Source: Eledone cirrhosa (lineage: Eukaryota). From it: a stretch of 64,000 nucleotides of DNA. The stretch lies in the NCBI GenBank assembly GCA_964016885.1, contig OZ024743.1, forward strand, positions 200,260,001 to 200,324,000, in the 5' to 3' direction. Below the pieces are notes generated by a model. That model searched no databases, was not told where the DNA came from, and saw nothing but the letters and a program-made list of their open reading frames with translations. Shown here one piece after another: positions 29,768 to 41,995 of the stretch; position 1 is the first letter of the stretch, and each line of letters begins with the position of its first letter. The position numbers and the translations under genes were made by a program.

Positions 29768-32737
29768 CTACAGGCTGATATAGAGAGAAGGCCCATTCAC
29801 TCGGGCCATTCTCGCCACTTTCACCCACCTTTCATAAAACTTGCTGGGGTACAGCACCTCTCTCTCCATCCTGATTCTTCTTCCAAAGTGGTATTTGAGA
29901 AAAAGAATCAGTTGTTGGCCGGAGAGAAAGGTGTCTGACCTCAGCCCTTTCAACCTTGTCCACCATACAACCTCTTTCGCCATAGCTATCACACAAAGGA
30001 AAACCACCTCTCCTTCGTTTTTGAAGGAGGGTGGCGGTTTTATCATGACAATGGACTCGGTGGTCAACCGGATTGGTCCCACCCACGACAATAGTCGTTC
30101 TACATATCCCCACAGGTCAGTGACGCCCGGGCACTGTATGAATGCGTGCGCGACGGTTTCTTCGTCTCGCACGCACCTCGGACAGATCTTTTTTGCAGGG
30201 TCCCTTCCCGGGCGCCCATGTCTGTAGAGCTTGTCTCGAACTGGTAGAGCTCCTCGGTAGCACTGCCAGGCCAGGTACTTTTGGAAGTTGTCCATCGGTC
30301 CCGGGCGGAAGGTCCTACCGAACAGACTGGCCAGTTCATCTTCCTCTACGCCTAGAGTTTCACCGAGCGCGTCGTCGCACTTGCTGCGGATCAACCCTCT
30401 ATAGAATGACGAAGTGGAGCCTCCACTGATCGCCGGGTCCGCCTGCCAGAGAGCTGTGAGCGCCTGAGCACATTCGATGTGCCAGTCGCCCATTTTCCTC
30501 GGTCCTTGCTTGACCCAGGACTGCAGCTCGGTCAGCGAGACTAGTCGTGGGAAGGCTCGCCTCACGAACGGGGCCCACACCGGTTGTCCGGTGAGGAATA
30601 CGTAGAGATACCGCAGCCTGAGCGCGTATGTGCGCATCGTTAACCACGGCATCCCCAGCCCTCCGTTAGAAGGGTGTTGGCAGCAGATGGATCTTCTCAC
30701 CAAAGGAGCCCGCCTCTTCCAAAGGAATCGGAAGAGCGCGCGCTCCATTTTGGCGAGCGTTTTGGCTGTACAAGGCACAACGGTCAAGCGGTAGTAGATG
30801 GCGGACGCTATAAAAGTGTTCGCCACCTCCGCTCGACCTTTCAAGGATAGTTTGCACTCGGCCCACTTCTGGGTGAGTGCAACCACCTTGGCCGTCACTT
30901 CGTTCCAGTTCTTCTCCACCTGGAAGTCCGGACCAAACCAGCGTCCGACGATGCCATCGGAAGGCATCGGTTTGCCTTTCCACGATCCGAGTTGCAAACC
31001 GATGGACTTGTCCCGGTTCAGCTTCGCTCCTGTGAAACTTTCGTATTCCTTCAGTAAGGTGCCGACTTCCTCGATTTGTGAGGCGCTCGACACCTTTACT
31101 ACGACGTCGTCGGCGTAAGCCGACGCCGCTTTCCGCAGTCCAGGTTCCAGAGGGATGCCCTGCAATAGCTGCAACTTCCGCAGTAGTGGCTCGAGAGTCA
31201 GTACGTACGGAAGGGAGGAGAGAGGGCATCCCTGTCGAATGGATCGCGTAATATGGAACGGCTCCGAGAGGTAGCCGTTCACCTTGACCCCTGAGCAGAT
31301 GTTGCTTTTGTGCATTACAGCAATCCAGCCCCTGAACACGGGTCCGAAGCCTGCCGCCTCGAGCACCACATCCAGGTAACGATGGTCAACCCTATCGAAA
31401 GCCTTAGACTGATCCAAGTTGATCAGAGCCCCACCGAAGCCTGGTTTACATCCTACCCTCTCTATGATGTATCGCATGAGGTGGAGGTTGTCGTGTATGG
31501 ACCTGGTCGGGATTGCGCATGTCTGCGCTTCCCCCACCAGGTTCTCGACGACAAGCGCCAGCCTCTTTGCCAACACCTTGGCCAAAATCTGTAACTCTGT
31601 GTTTATCAGAGTTATGGGCCGGAAGTAGCCTATGTCATCCCCCTTATTCTCGTCCTTCCTGATTAGTGTGACCACGCCCCCGGTTACAGAACTGGGATTT
31701 CTCCCGTTCTGTTGCCAGTTGCAGTAGACGGCTTCCAGGAGACCGGAGAATAAGTCCGGCATTGCTACGTAAAATTCGTAGGGTAGACCGTCGAGACCTG
31801 GAGATTTGCGTTTGCCGCATTGGCTCAGCGCGTCCCCTATCTCAGCGGCTGAAATCAGCTTTTCGCAGAAATTTGCCTCCCTGTCCGAGAGTCGCGGTAG
31901 GCCGTCGAGGTATGGACTGAAATCCATAGCCCCTCCCGGCGCGCTGCCCCTCCCGAACAGTTGAGCAAAGTGCCGCTGAAAGGCCGCACACATCTGCTTC
32001 GGCTCCCGTATCACACGTCCGTTTTGGTCCTTCAAAGACCGAATCATGGACTTTTTGCTACTTTTTGCCTCCGTCACTCGAGCCCAGCTAACAGCTTTGG
32101 TTCCCTCGTTTCCCAGAGCACGTATTTTGCTTCTGACAACGCAGCCCTCGTGCTTTGCGTCAAAGAACTGGTCCAAGGACGTTCTTGTTGCTAGCATGCT
32201 GGCTACGTTGCCACTTCTAATTGCCTCTTCTACTTTATCTACCAGTTCCTTCTCGGTTTTATTTCTATCTAACGCTAATTCTTTACTAAAAACTATCGAG
32301 TCTAATCTAACTGCCCTCTTGAGAGAGTACCACCATCTGTTGTTGACAATGGCCCCTGTCAAGTGCTGTTTAACTAAAGTGCTAATCCGTCTACTGTAGG
32401 CTTTGCTTGTCGGTAACGACAAGTTCAGCTTCCAGTAGCCGGGTCCTTGTCTATGGGTTCTATCAAGGTTGGCCATGCAGGTCACTAGTTTGTGATCTGA
32501 ATAGGCAACCATGAACATTTGTGGACAGCTTAACATGTCCCTATCCTTATTTCTAACTAGAACCCTATCTAGGTACGATCTAGATGTTCCGCTACGATTA
32601 CTCCACCCCCACAATGGCGCAGTCGGAAAATCTAGTCGATATCTATCGGCCAGGTCAAATCGCTCGATTAACTGTTTGAGGCTGTTACACCCCCCCCCCT
32701 TTATCGGGACATGCTCCCACATAGTCCCAACGTGCAT
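29768..32737 (-). CDS. Tx1 ORF2, main part: end of APE endonuclease, reverse transcriptase, C-terminal zinc finger
   Basis: SYLDRVLV and SDH (APE); GPGYWKLN; KSPGLDG, FRPITLIN, LDQSKAFDRVDH, RQGCPLS, YADD (RT); GGLG; CPRC-x8-H-x4-C. The listed start Met is an artefact of a frameshift at the C10 run 32690-32699. Confidence 0.95.
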   Translation of the reverse strand: MHVGTMWEHVPIKGGGCNSLKQLIERFDLADRYRLDFPTAPLWGWSNRSGTSRSYLDRVLVRNKDRDMLSCPQMFMVAYSDHKLVTCMANLDRTHRQGPGYWKLNLSLPTSKAYSRRISTLVKQHLTGAIVNNRWWYSLKRAVRLDSIVFSKELALDRNKTEKELVDKVEEAIRSGNVASMLATRTSLDQFFDAKHEGCVVRSKIRALGNEGTKAVSWARVTEAKSSKKSMIRSLKDQNGRVIREPKQMCAAFQRHFAQLFGRGSAPGGAMDFSPYLDGLPRLSDREANFCEKLISAAEIGDALSQCGKRKSPGLDGLPYEFYVAMPDLFSGLLEAVYCNWQQNGRNPSSVTGGVVTLIRKDENKGDDIGYFRPITLINTELQILAKVLAKRLALVVENLVGEAQTCAIPTRSIHDNLHLMRYIIERVGCKPGFGGALINLDQSKAFDRVDHRYLDVVLEAAGFGPVFRGWIAVMHKSNICSGVKVNGYLSEPFHITRSIRQGCPLSSLPYVLTLEPLLRKLQLLQGIPLEPGLRKAASAYADDVVVKVSSASQIEEVGTLLKEYESFTGAKLNRDKSIGLQLGSWKGKPMPSDGIVGRWFGPDFQVEKNWNEVTAKVVALTQKWAECKLSLKGRAEVANTFIASAIYYRLTVVPCTAKTLAKMERALFRFLWKRRAPLVRRSICCQHPSNGGLGMPWLTMRTYALRLRYLYVFLTGQPVWAPFVRRAFPRLVSLTELQSWVKQGPRKMGDWHIECAQALTALWQADPAISGGSTSSFYRGLIRSKCDDALGETLGVEEDELASLFGRTFRPGPMDNFQKYLAWQCYRGALPVRDKLYRHGRPGRDPAKKICPRCVRDEETVAHAFIQCPGVTDLWGYVERLLSWVGPIRLTTESIVMIKPPPSFKNEGEVVFLCVIAMAKEVVWWTRLKGLRSDTFLSGQQLILFLKYHFGRRIRMEREVLYPSKFYERWVKVARMARVNGPSLYISL

Positions 32738-33176
32738 CTAGGATTCCATTCCAGTCCCCCACTAAAAGCAAGGAGCGGGACGTTCCCAGAAAAGTCTCTA
32801 GACATTTGAAGAAGTCTGGCCGCGGTGTCCCGGATGGGGCATATGCGGCCACCAGCATGAAGGCTCCACCTTCACTACCGTCAACGTCTATGTCCACCAA
32901 TCGACCCTCCGGGTCCAGATGTACCGTCTGTGTCACGAGGCCCAGGTGTTTCCGCAGCAAAACGGCAACTCCGCCCCCACCTCCCGGTTGACATAGAGAT
33001 CCGTAGATCTCAAAGTCATCGAAGATGGGGGCCAGCTGTCGCTGGCTGTGGATCCTGGACTCGCAAATGGCTACCACATCCATACTGTGCGACCTGAGAT
33101 CGTTTAAGAGTTTGCCCTGTTTCCAGGGCATCCTCAGGCCGCGTACGTTCACACATCCAACTCTTATATTGGCCAT
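32685..33176 (-). CDS. Tx1 ORF2 N-terminus, apurinic-like endonuclease (joins the main ORF across a frameshift)
   Basis: CVNVRGL, ICES, GGVAVLL, GRLV, AYAP and GDWN motifs. Confidence 0.93.
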   Translation of the reverse strand: MANIRVGCVNVRGLRMPWKQGKLLNDLRSHSMDVVAICESRIHSQRQLAPIFDDFEIYGSLCQPGGGGGVAVLLRKHLGLVTQTVHLDPEGRLVDIDVDGSEGGAFMLVAAYAPSGTPRPDFFKCLETFLGTSRSLLLVGDWNGILDARWDYVGACPDKGGGV

Positions 33177-33209
33177 GTTGGTGCTGAAAAGTTAAAAGAG
33201 GAAAAGAGA

Positions 33210-35132
33210 TCACTCACCCTTCGTCTCCTGGGGACCAGGACGCACGATTTCCATGGGGGTGTTGGAGGGGTTGTCTGGATGGGTGGTGGTTTCCGGCGGG
33301 GTGGGGACGGAGATGTTTGGTGGGGTGGGGTCTGGTGGGATGGGGGTGTCTATGGTGGGGAGACATTTGAGAAGGACGTGGTTAAGTGGTTTCACGCAGG
33401 AATTCCCCACATCCTTCTCAAATGTTTCTTTTAGGGACCTATAAGTTTGTATAGGGACCCTAATCAGTTTTAGGTTCAGTTTTTTGCTATTTTTAATAGA
33501 GTGGGCGAAAGTTTTCCCTTCGGTTTTCACCGAAGGGTCGTTCGTGATGGTCTCCATTAGTGTTTTGTTTTCAGTGTTTATGTAAGTGTAAGTGTAATTT
33601 TCTTGTGTTGTGTTTATTTTTGTCTGTAATTCTTGTGTGTGCTTTCGTTTTGTTGTAGGTATTTTGTTTTCAGGAGGTGGGGGTTTTGTTTCTGATGTTT
33701 TTGTTGTTTGTGTTGGTGGTTGTATGTTTGTGGTAGTGTTTGCTGGTTTTTTGCTTTTGTGATGTCTTTTCTTTCTTTTCGAGCGATGGGGTTCTCCCTC
33801 GTTTTCACTGGCTGATGGCGTGATAGCCTCATCTGTTGTATCGTCTGTGTGATTGGGGAGGGGTATGTCTTGGGGAGCTGTTGTGTCTGTATGTGATTTT
33901 GCAGTGGTTTTAGGTGGAGTGGGGTTGGGTGGGACTGTGTTTGTTGTGGTTATTTCTGTGTGTTGGTGTTGTTGTTTTGGTGGTGGTGTTGGTGGTTGTG
34001 TTGTTTTGATGGGTGTCGGCAGAAGAGCCTTTTTTTACTCATTAATTTAGGACAGGAAGCCCTCAGGTGACCCCTGCTAAAGAAATGGTAACATGAAGGC
34101 CGCCTACCCTCAACCGAAATGTTTATGTAGGTGAGTCCGTCCAAGAGTACACGTTGTGGGATCATAGCTATTCGCTCTGGGCTCATTTGCACCAGAACCT
34201 CAATGCTAGTCCCATTGAATACATCTCTGGGGGACTTTCCTACTGACAGTATTCTGTCTTCATCAAAATTGATGAAGCCGCACAGTATCCACCATATGTT
34301 CACCTTTGGTGTGACACTCGTGATTTTGATCTTTTGTGTCCTTTTTCCCATGTATGTAGGGAAAAAGGTGTACAGGTTGGATACAATTGGCGACACAGAG
34401 TAATTTTTGGCCGTCAATTGATCCTTCATGAGTACCGAAATACTCCCCAAAAGTTTGCTTCTTTGAATGAATGCAATATCATTCATTTAATTTTTGAAAA
34501 CCATTCAATTTCTTTCTGTGACAATTGGACTGGTTTTCGAGTAGAAATGGAAACTGTCCTAAAAACTATCGTTTTGGGGGCAGTTTCCTTGCGAATTTCT
34601 ACCGGAGAATTGATGCTGAAAGCACCATTTTTTTCGAAAGTGACATATCTCCTAGCGTCCTTTAAAAGTTGTTCGGCATTTGTTATGTCGAGATATGTCA
34701 GTTCCTCCTTTTTCTGAACTGTGTGAGCAAAGGAGATTTTGGTTTCTTTGTGGAATTATCCGTGTTGGTGGTGTTGTCATTATTGTTGTTATTGTTGTTG
34801 TTATTCTTGTTGTCACCGATGTTGATATTATTCGTATTTTCCTTGGTGTTGGTGTTGTTTTTGTCTTTGATGCTGGTGTTATTGGTGTTGTCTTTATTTT
34901 TTTCTTTGTTGTTGTTATCATTGTTGTTTTTATCATCATTATTGGTGTTGCTGTTATTTTTCTTGTCATTGAACTGTTTGGTGTCATTTGTGTTGTTTGG
35001 ATATGAATTCGTTTTTACATTTTCATTTCGTCTTTCCATCTCTATAGTATCTAGGGAAGAAGACGATGTTGACTGCAAGCTCTGTAGTCTTACCGACTCT
35101 CCACCACCATTATCGTTGAACGCAGCGTTCAT
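33210..35132 (-). pseudogene. Tx1 ORF1 (gag-like), disrupted by stops and frameshifts
   Basis: ATG at 35132; Asn-rich N-terminus; VEGRRPSCYHFFSRGHLRASC is a CCHC knuckle with its second Cys changed to Phe; Thr/Pro-rich tail ends 33 nt before the ORF2 ATG. Confidence 0.8.
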
Positions 35133-35350
35133 AACGTAATCAAACTTATAATATTTTTTTTCCAAAAGTCGATGGAGAAAAAATTTTTCAAACGAATATT
35201 TCGCCCCTCTAGGGGCGAAAATGAGTTGACCCACCACCTGAAGGTCCAGACGGGGGGTCAAGTTACACAATAATATAAAATTTAACTGAAAACTCACGTT
35301 TTTTTCTTACATAAATTAACGGAAACTTCTCCGCGAAGTTACACACGTCT

Positions 35351-35383
35351 GATAGAGAGAGAGATAGACAGATAGATAGATAC

Positions 35384-35456
<73 letters not shown>
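35351..35456. repeat. (GATA)n tract between the two Tx1 copies
   Basis: Direct reading. Confidence 0.98.
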
Positions 35457-35846
35457 ATTCTTTATTTGCCACAGGGGCGTACAAAAATGGGTCATTACAA
35501 GACATGACAGTTTTACATAAAATCTTTAACAATGATGAATAACAATAAATTATATATAAAATAACAATTGAAATCCCCAATAGGGGGAAACGTTATTGAG
35601 GGGGGGGGGTACACCCCATGGATAGAACAACCCTCAACACCAGGAACACGTTTTGTAGGTGTTCGCGTCTTCAACCTACAGGTTTATATACAGAGAAGGC
35701 CCATTCACTCGGGCCATTTTCGCCACCTTTCAGCGAATTTACTGGGGTGTAGCACCTCTCACTCCACTCTCACCTTCTTTCTGAAGTGGTACTTAAAGGA
35801 GGGGATGAGTTGTTGTCCGGAGAGAAATGTGTTTGCCCTCAGTCCT
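35457..35846 (-). mobile_element. 5'-truncated Tx1 relative (ORF2 end plus 3' UTR)
   Basis: ttctttatt.gccacagggg, ccccaataggggg and tcaacctacagg..atatacagagaaggcccattcactcgggccatt are shared with 29530-29950. (GATA)n on both sides. Confidence 0.92.
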
Positions 35847-35919
<73 letters not shown>

Positions 35920-35935
35920 CGATAGATAGATAGAT
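35847..35935. repeat. (GATA)n tract
   Basis: Direct reading. Confidence 0.98.
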
Positions 35936-36083
35936 AAACAGTAATAAACACATGTACGGTATATTCATGATTGTTCAATATCCGTTTCAATTTTCACATA
36001 CACGCAAAGTGAGAGAGAGAGAATCAAAGAGGGACAGATAGATGTGTATATATAGATGTATGTGTGTGTATGTATATATATTT

Positions 36084-36153
<70 letters not shown>

Positions 36154-36431
36154 ATGTGTGTATGCATGTTCATACAAATATATATGTATTCGTTAGTATA
36201 CGTGCATACTCAATAAGTAAAATAGAATTTGAAGATTTTATTGGAAACTGAAACATTTGAATCATTACTCTGAAGTTGACACTGCCGATTATTTAAAACT
36301 GAAGGCAAGGTGTTGAGTCCATATTCCTTAAATAAGGTCTATTGAAAGTAGGAATAACATTATGAAGCGGTAGTGGGGGATTTGAGAAAAGTAAGCATAG
36401 GTAAAAAATCAGCAAAAATGAAACACAATTC

Positions 36432-36620
36432 AATAATTGTTTCTACTTTTGGTACGAGGCCAGCAATTATCCCAGTGCTGCTGCTACTTTATTTTATCGA
36501 CCCCGTAAGGATAAAAGGCAAAGTTAACCTCGCCAGGATTTAAACTCAGACTGTAAAGGGCCGTAACTTATGCTGCAAAGCATGGCATTCGACCCTCTAC
36601 AGATATTGCCAATCCACCGC
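36432..36620 (-). mobile_element. tRNA-derived SINE, family 1
   Basis: Colinear with 24731-24910. Confidence 0.92.
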
Positions 36621-38303
36621 AACACAATAAAATAATGTTATATTAGTATAACTCTAAAAACAGTTGAGAAAAAGTCTAGAAGTTTCGTATGTTAGTCCTT
36701 CATCGGAAACCTACAGAAGAAAGGATGTGTGGATATATGGAAAAGAGAAAGAAAAGGAAAACGAATGAGGGTAAAAAAAAAATGAAAAAGGGGGTGGGGT
36801 GAGAAGAAAACACAAATTGTAGCTCGTCGGTCTTCAACCTTTTATTCTCAAGTTGCTTTTCCGCAGCTTTCTAAAACATATTTAACTCCACATATTTAAC
36901 CCCACATAACGATTCGCAAAAAGTATACTATTATAACACATATATATATATATATATATATACCCACACACACGCACATATATATATATATATATATATA
37001 TGCGTGTGTGTGTGTATGTACGTGTGTGTATGTGTGTATGTTTGCCTGTATATGTATGTATGTGTGTTTGAGTGTGCGTGTATGTTCATGTATGTGTGAA
37101 TGTATGCGTGTGTATTTGTGTGAATGCATGAGTGGTATATTGTGTAAATCAGTGCGTGTATGTGTGTGTGGTATGTATATGTATGTGTGCATACATGTAT
37201 ATGTGAATGTGTTTGTGTGTCATATACCATATGTTTAATAAACATATTTAGTCATGCTGTGAATAAAGAAAAACTTTCGTCAACTTGAAAGACAGGTAAG
37301 CAATCCCTCCTGAAGATTTAACAGAAAATAAAACTAGTCGATTAGGTCCTCCTTTCAAGCTGCCAAAACCCCTGTGGTTTCTCTCCGGGGCCTTCTCTTC
37401 CAACGAGATTAAATATATTCCTACTAAACATATGGGATATGCCTCTCTATACATGATCATACTGTAATGGTACTTTAGTCATTTATGTATATTTATATTT
37501 AGGACTTATTTGATAATTAACCCCTGTTCCTTTATAGAGTTGCATACGATAGGCTTTTGTTCATGGAACGATGAGATAAACAGAAATTAGTTGCAAAAGT
37601 TACTATCATTAGTGCCCTCGATATCAGAATAATAATGAAACGCTAGGAAGCGAACAGCATGTGATAGATAGGGACTGTATAGAGACGATGACTTAGTAGT
37701 TTAATGTAGCATAAATTCTACACCTTAATTTGTCTTACAGAAGCCAATATTCAAATTATTCAATTTAAACCTCGCCATTAACACAAACTTCAGAATAACT
37801 GAAGTGGGGGAGGGGATATATTCGACTAACCCAGCGATAGTACTTAGCTGGGGCTTTAAATTTTCGACCCTAGAAATCAACCTTACAAAGGTTGAGTTTG
37901 ACAGAATTTGAACTCACAACGTAAAGAAACGTAAACTGAATAAAAGAAAACATTTTAAAAAAGACAATGAGAAAAGTATAACGTATATAACTAATGATAA
38001 CAGTACCTGTCAAAAATGTGGAGGTTTATAGTAAAAACAATGTAATTCATTGATTACAACAATCCACTAAATTATGATGAAATGGTTCTACTTATCTATC
38101 TATCTCTCTCTATATATATATCTGTATGCTATTAGGATTTGTCATTTAATGTTGTTCTTGTCCGAAGATCCATTGGTAAATTGACAGTCATGCTGATGGA
38201 AATGCGGTCCGACTAATTGATATGACGGTCGGTACGTAGATATATAACCAGTTAGATAGGTAAATCCACAGATAAGTAGGTGTGTAGGTAGATAGTTAGA
38301 AAG

Positions 38304-38345
<42 letters not shown>

Positions 38346-38682
38346 GTGTATGTGTGTGTGTGTATATATATATAATAGAATATTAGTCTAACGACTCCTT
38401 TTATAACATAAATGCGTTTTTTTTCTTTGCAAGAAATTGCTCTCATCGCTCCACACAACCACGTAATTATGTTCGTTTTTTCCGTTCGTTGCCAGCGAAC
38501 GTCTTCATGAAACAAAGTATCGTCTTCCTGTTTTCCTTCGGTTGTAATGATTTTTAAAAATATTTACTTCTGTGTCCACAGATTGATTCTTTTAGTTTCA
38601 GAAGATACCGTTAAGAGTGAAAGCAGTGATTCTTTGCTTAAACTTTAATCTGTTCTTATAATAAATTAACAAATAAATAAAT

Positions 38683-38770
<88 letters not shown>

Positions 38771-39424
38771 AGATGATAAACGAGTTTATTGTCTGAAGAT
38801 ATATATGTAGATAGCTAACGGTTTGACTACTGATCATCTTGCCTATAAAAGAGAAGGCAGGAAGATATAAATATTCAAAATTACTATTTTCTTGTTAAAG
38901 TTATCAACATGTGGCTGTCATGTGACTTCTGTCGTTCCCTATCTTCGAACCACTTAACTACTCACTGTTATTGGACGAAGCTGGCCATACGCAGTAGTGA
39001 AACTCGCATGTTGGAATGATTCGTTCAGCATGTCTCTCTCGCTATCCTCCTGTATATTTTCCCTATTCGGTCAATGAGGCAGAACAGACAAAAATAGGTG
39101 TAATGGAGGACTTGACAATCCTTAATCGACCTATTCGTGCTGTTACTGTTGGTCATTAGATATTAACACATACAAGAATACAATATGATCAGAGATCAGT
39201 TTAAACAATTTACCTTGCATCATTAGTAAAAGTCTCGCTTTCAATATAGTGAGAAAGATATGTTGACATTTGTCACATTTGTAACGTCGGTGATCATATG
39301 TCTGCTAAGCAACAACACTAACCTCGACAACAATCTGTCAGAGAGACTTGACATCTTAGTCCCATCGAATAGCACCAAAACAAAATCTCTATACATCTTA
39401 TAGCAATACTGCACTATGTAATAG

Positions 39425-39599
39425 CAGACCTGCCAACCTCTAAAGCACCAAACGGGAAGTACCATGAAAAAAGGTGCCCCAAAACGTGGATAAATAATAA
39501 GGCAAAATGGGAAGATTTTATATAATGAAAGTTATACCCATTTCCACAAGTGAAGACATCTCTCAACCACCCAACGGAGGGAGAGAGTTGACAGGTCTG
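39425..39599 (+). mobile_element. MITE with CAGACCTG(C/T)CAAC TIRs (hAT-like)
   Basis: cagacctgccaac ... gttgacaggtctg; related copies at 59229 and 59695. Confidence 0.85.
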
Positions 39600-39619
39600 T
39601 AATAATATGATCATTGTAT

Positions 39620-39802
39620 ATAATTGTTTCTACTTTTGGCACAAGGCCAGCAATTATCCTAGTGTATTACTGGTACTTAATTCTATCGACCCCGTAAGAT
39701 TGAAAGGCAAAGTTAACTCCGGCGGCATTGGAACTCAGATAATAAAGGGCCGTAACTCTATGCTGCAAAGCATGGTGTCCGACCCTCTACCGATACTGCC
39801 AA
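39620..39802 (-). mobile_element. tRNA-derived SINE, family 1
   Basis: Colinear with the other copies. Confidence 0.92.
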
Positions 39803-40012
39803 TTTGTATATAATAAAGATTTCTAATTTAGTGACAATGTCAGTTAATTTACAGAAAAAAAAGACAAAGTTGATTAAATAATTCCTGTACTTAAATGGTA
39901 CTTTAATTTCTTGATGAAATTTAACCTCAGGGGGATTTAAAATGTAAAGAGCCAGAACAAGTACTGCAGAGGCATTAAACGACGTTCTATCACTTCTACC
40001 AAACATTATTGA

Positions 40013-40196
40013 TGGATTGGCAGTATCGGTAGAGGGTCGGACGCCATGCTTTGCAGCACAGTTACGTCCCTTTACAGACTGAGTTCAAATCCCGACGAGG
40101 TTAACTTTGCCTTTCATCCTTATGGAGTCAATAAAATAAAGTACCAGTAATGTACTGGTAATTGCTGGCCTTGTGCCAAAATTAGAAACAATTATT
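40013..40196 (+). mobile_element. tRNA-derived SINE, family 1 (near full length)
   Basis: A-box TGGCAGTATCGG, B-box GAGTTCAAATCCC, central gcctttcatcc block, tail tagaaacaattatt. Confidence 0.93.
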
Positions 40197-40273
40197 GATA
40201 GAAGTGGTGGTTTATAATATTGATTTCCTATATTAGGATTAAGTCTCTGAATATAATAAATGATGTAAAGATT

Positions 40274-40437
40274 TCGGACCCCATGTTTTGCAGCATAGAG
40301 TTACGGCCCTTTACGGTCTGAGTTCAAAATCCGCCGAGGTTTACTTTGCCTTTCATCCTTACGGGGTTGATAAAATAAAGTACCAGTAATGCACTCGTGT
40401 AATTGCTGGCCTTGTACTAAAATTAGAAACAATTATT
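40274..40437 (+). mobile_element. tRNA-derived SINE, family 1 (A-box missing)
   Basis: Colinear with 40013-40196. Confidence 0.9.
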
Positions 40438-41230
40438 ATGTAACTCTTCTTTCTTTAGTTCCTTTTGCTTTTCCTTGGAATTTTGGATGACATATAACAC
40501 TAGTATCGTATGTATACTAATGAAATAGAGAATGAAATTATGTGTCCGGGTGTCTCTTGAAGGACAGAGCAGCAAGAAGACTGAACGAGGAGGGAGGATG
40601 AGAGAGAAAGAAAGCGATAGATTGAGTGAATGTGTGAGTGAGTGTATGAATGAATGAGAGAGATAGAGAGAGTGAGAGATGTAAGGTCAAGCGATGTAAC
40701 GGCTAAGGGTAGCTAGTTTTAGGAGAAATAATAAGCAAGACAGTGTTGGTATTGGATAAGAAGCAACATTTGATAAACAGCAGCTAGAGCGATAAAAAGA
40801 ACAAGGCATGAATTTAGAAGAATTCCACTTGTATTAATGTTGTTATTGTGTTTTATTTTTCTTCACTCCTCCGCATCTTTGTCGAAGACAAAGGCTGTCT
40901 TTGATGCCTAGAAACTTGGCCAGCTCTTCTAGTGTTTCCCTCCAATAACCATCTCACCGAAACACTCCTAGCCTTCGGCATTATTGTTAACCTAACCGAA
41001 GTGTTTTCATGAAGTGTTGTCTTAGTGTATAGGTTTTGAGTATCTGGGGAGGATGGAGGTGCGCTTGTGCGTACATGTGTGTGTGTGCTTGTTTTGTTTT
41101 TTCGAAAAAAACAAAGTTCTTTGATAAGGTTTTCATATGTCAAGGTTTTACCCTATTTACTGGAATGTTTTTGTTTTACTTTATGAGAGTCCAAAAGTTG
41201 AATTGGGTTTTGTACAAAGTTCTGTAAAGA

Positions 41231-41420
41231 GCCATGGACTAGTGGTGAGGGTATTCGAATAACGATCATAAGGTCATGAGTTCGATCCTGGGCGGGGTGT
41301 GGCGTTGTGCTCTTGGGCATAACGTTTTATTTCACATTTCCCCATTTCACTCAGGTGAAAAGAAAGAGTAGCAGCAACAGCCAGTAACCCCTGCTACAAA
41401 ATGGCATCCGATCCAAAGCG
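41231..41420 (+). mobile_element. tRNA-derived SINE, family 2 (decayed)
   Basis: A-box tggactagtgg, B-box gagttcgatcc, then gttgtg.tcttgggca...tttatttcac. Confidence 0.75.
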
Positions 41421-41652
41421 AACTCAGGTGGCTGTCAGTACAACCCTCGAGAAATCATTTGTGACATGCACCCTCTTCCTCGTGTGAGACAAGCTAAACC
41501 TACATGTGTATGAATTGTAACAGCAACAAAACCGTCAACAAGAACGTTTGTGGAATTACGTTTCTCTAGCCGTTGACTACTTGATAAATATATAATTGTA
41601 CTTTACTAGTTTTATCATGAAAAATTCGAATACAATATTTCCTTATTGATAC

Positions 41653-41995
41653 CTTCTTCTTTGTCCACTTATTCCTGAGAGAGTCTTGGGGACAGAGTCC
41701 TCAAAAACTCCTTCCAGAGGGTCCTGTCAGAAGCAACTATCTCCAACTGATCCGGCTGGATCCCCAAACGAGCCCAGCCAAGCTCATGGATGTTATTCAA
41801 CCATCTTACTCATGGTCCACCCCTAGATCTCCTGTTGGTTGGTTTTGCCTGTGAAATCTATCCAGCGATTTTTTCCTGAGATATTCTAACAACAAGCCCA
41901 TAGTATCAGAGCTGTGATCTCTCAATTAGGAGAAGTAGAGGCTCTGTCTGGAGTGATTCTGTGATTTCCGGGTTACGAACTCTATCTATTACTGA
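41653..41995 (-). mobile_element. RTE-clade LINE 3' fragment
   Basis: Translation DRVRNPEI..LLLIERSQL*YYG...GP*VRWLNNIHELGWARLGIQ...ASDRTLWK, ending in gaagaagg; same family as 56730-58229. Confidence 0.85.

Larger units (their letters stand above)
29530..35350 (-). mobile_element. Near full-length L1/Tx1-clade non-LTR retrotransposon
   Basis: 5' UTR, ORF1 with zinc knuckle, ORF2 (APE, RT, CCHC), 3' UTR with AATAAA at 29534-29539. Both ends abut GATA/GA microsatellite. Confidence 0.95.

Noticed and set aside
36678-36710. Decayed hammerhead-like motif (CCGATGA...GAAAC) and a similar partial motif at 8983-8999
   Set aside because: Core mutated or truncated and stems absent; at most remnants.
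38495-38640. Possible plus-strand micro-exons, and isolated splice-like sites at 24051, 37295 and 49099
   Set aside because: Weak or unpaired splice signals and no recognisable peptide.
40013-40100. tRNA genes suggested by A- and B-boxes here and at 41231, 60261 and 63000-63081
   Set aside because: No complete cloverleaf, and each continues into a shared SINE body.
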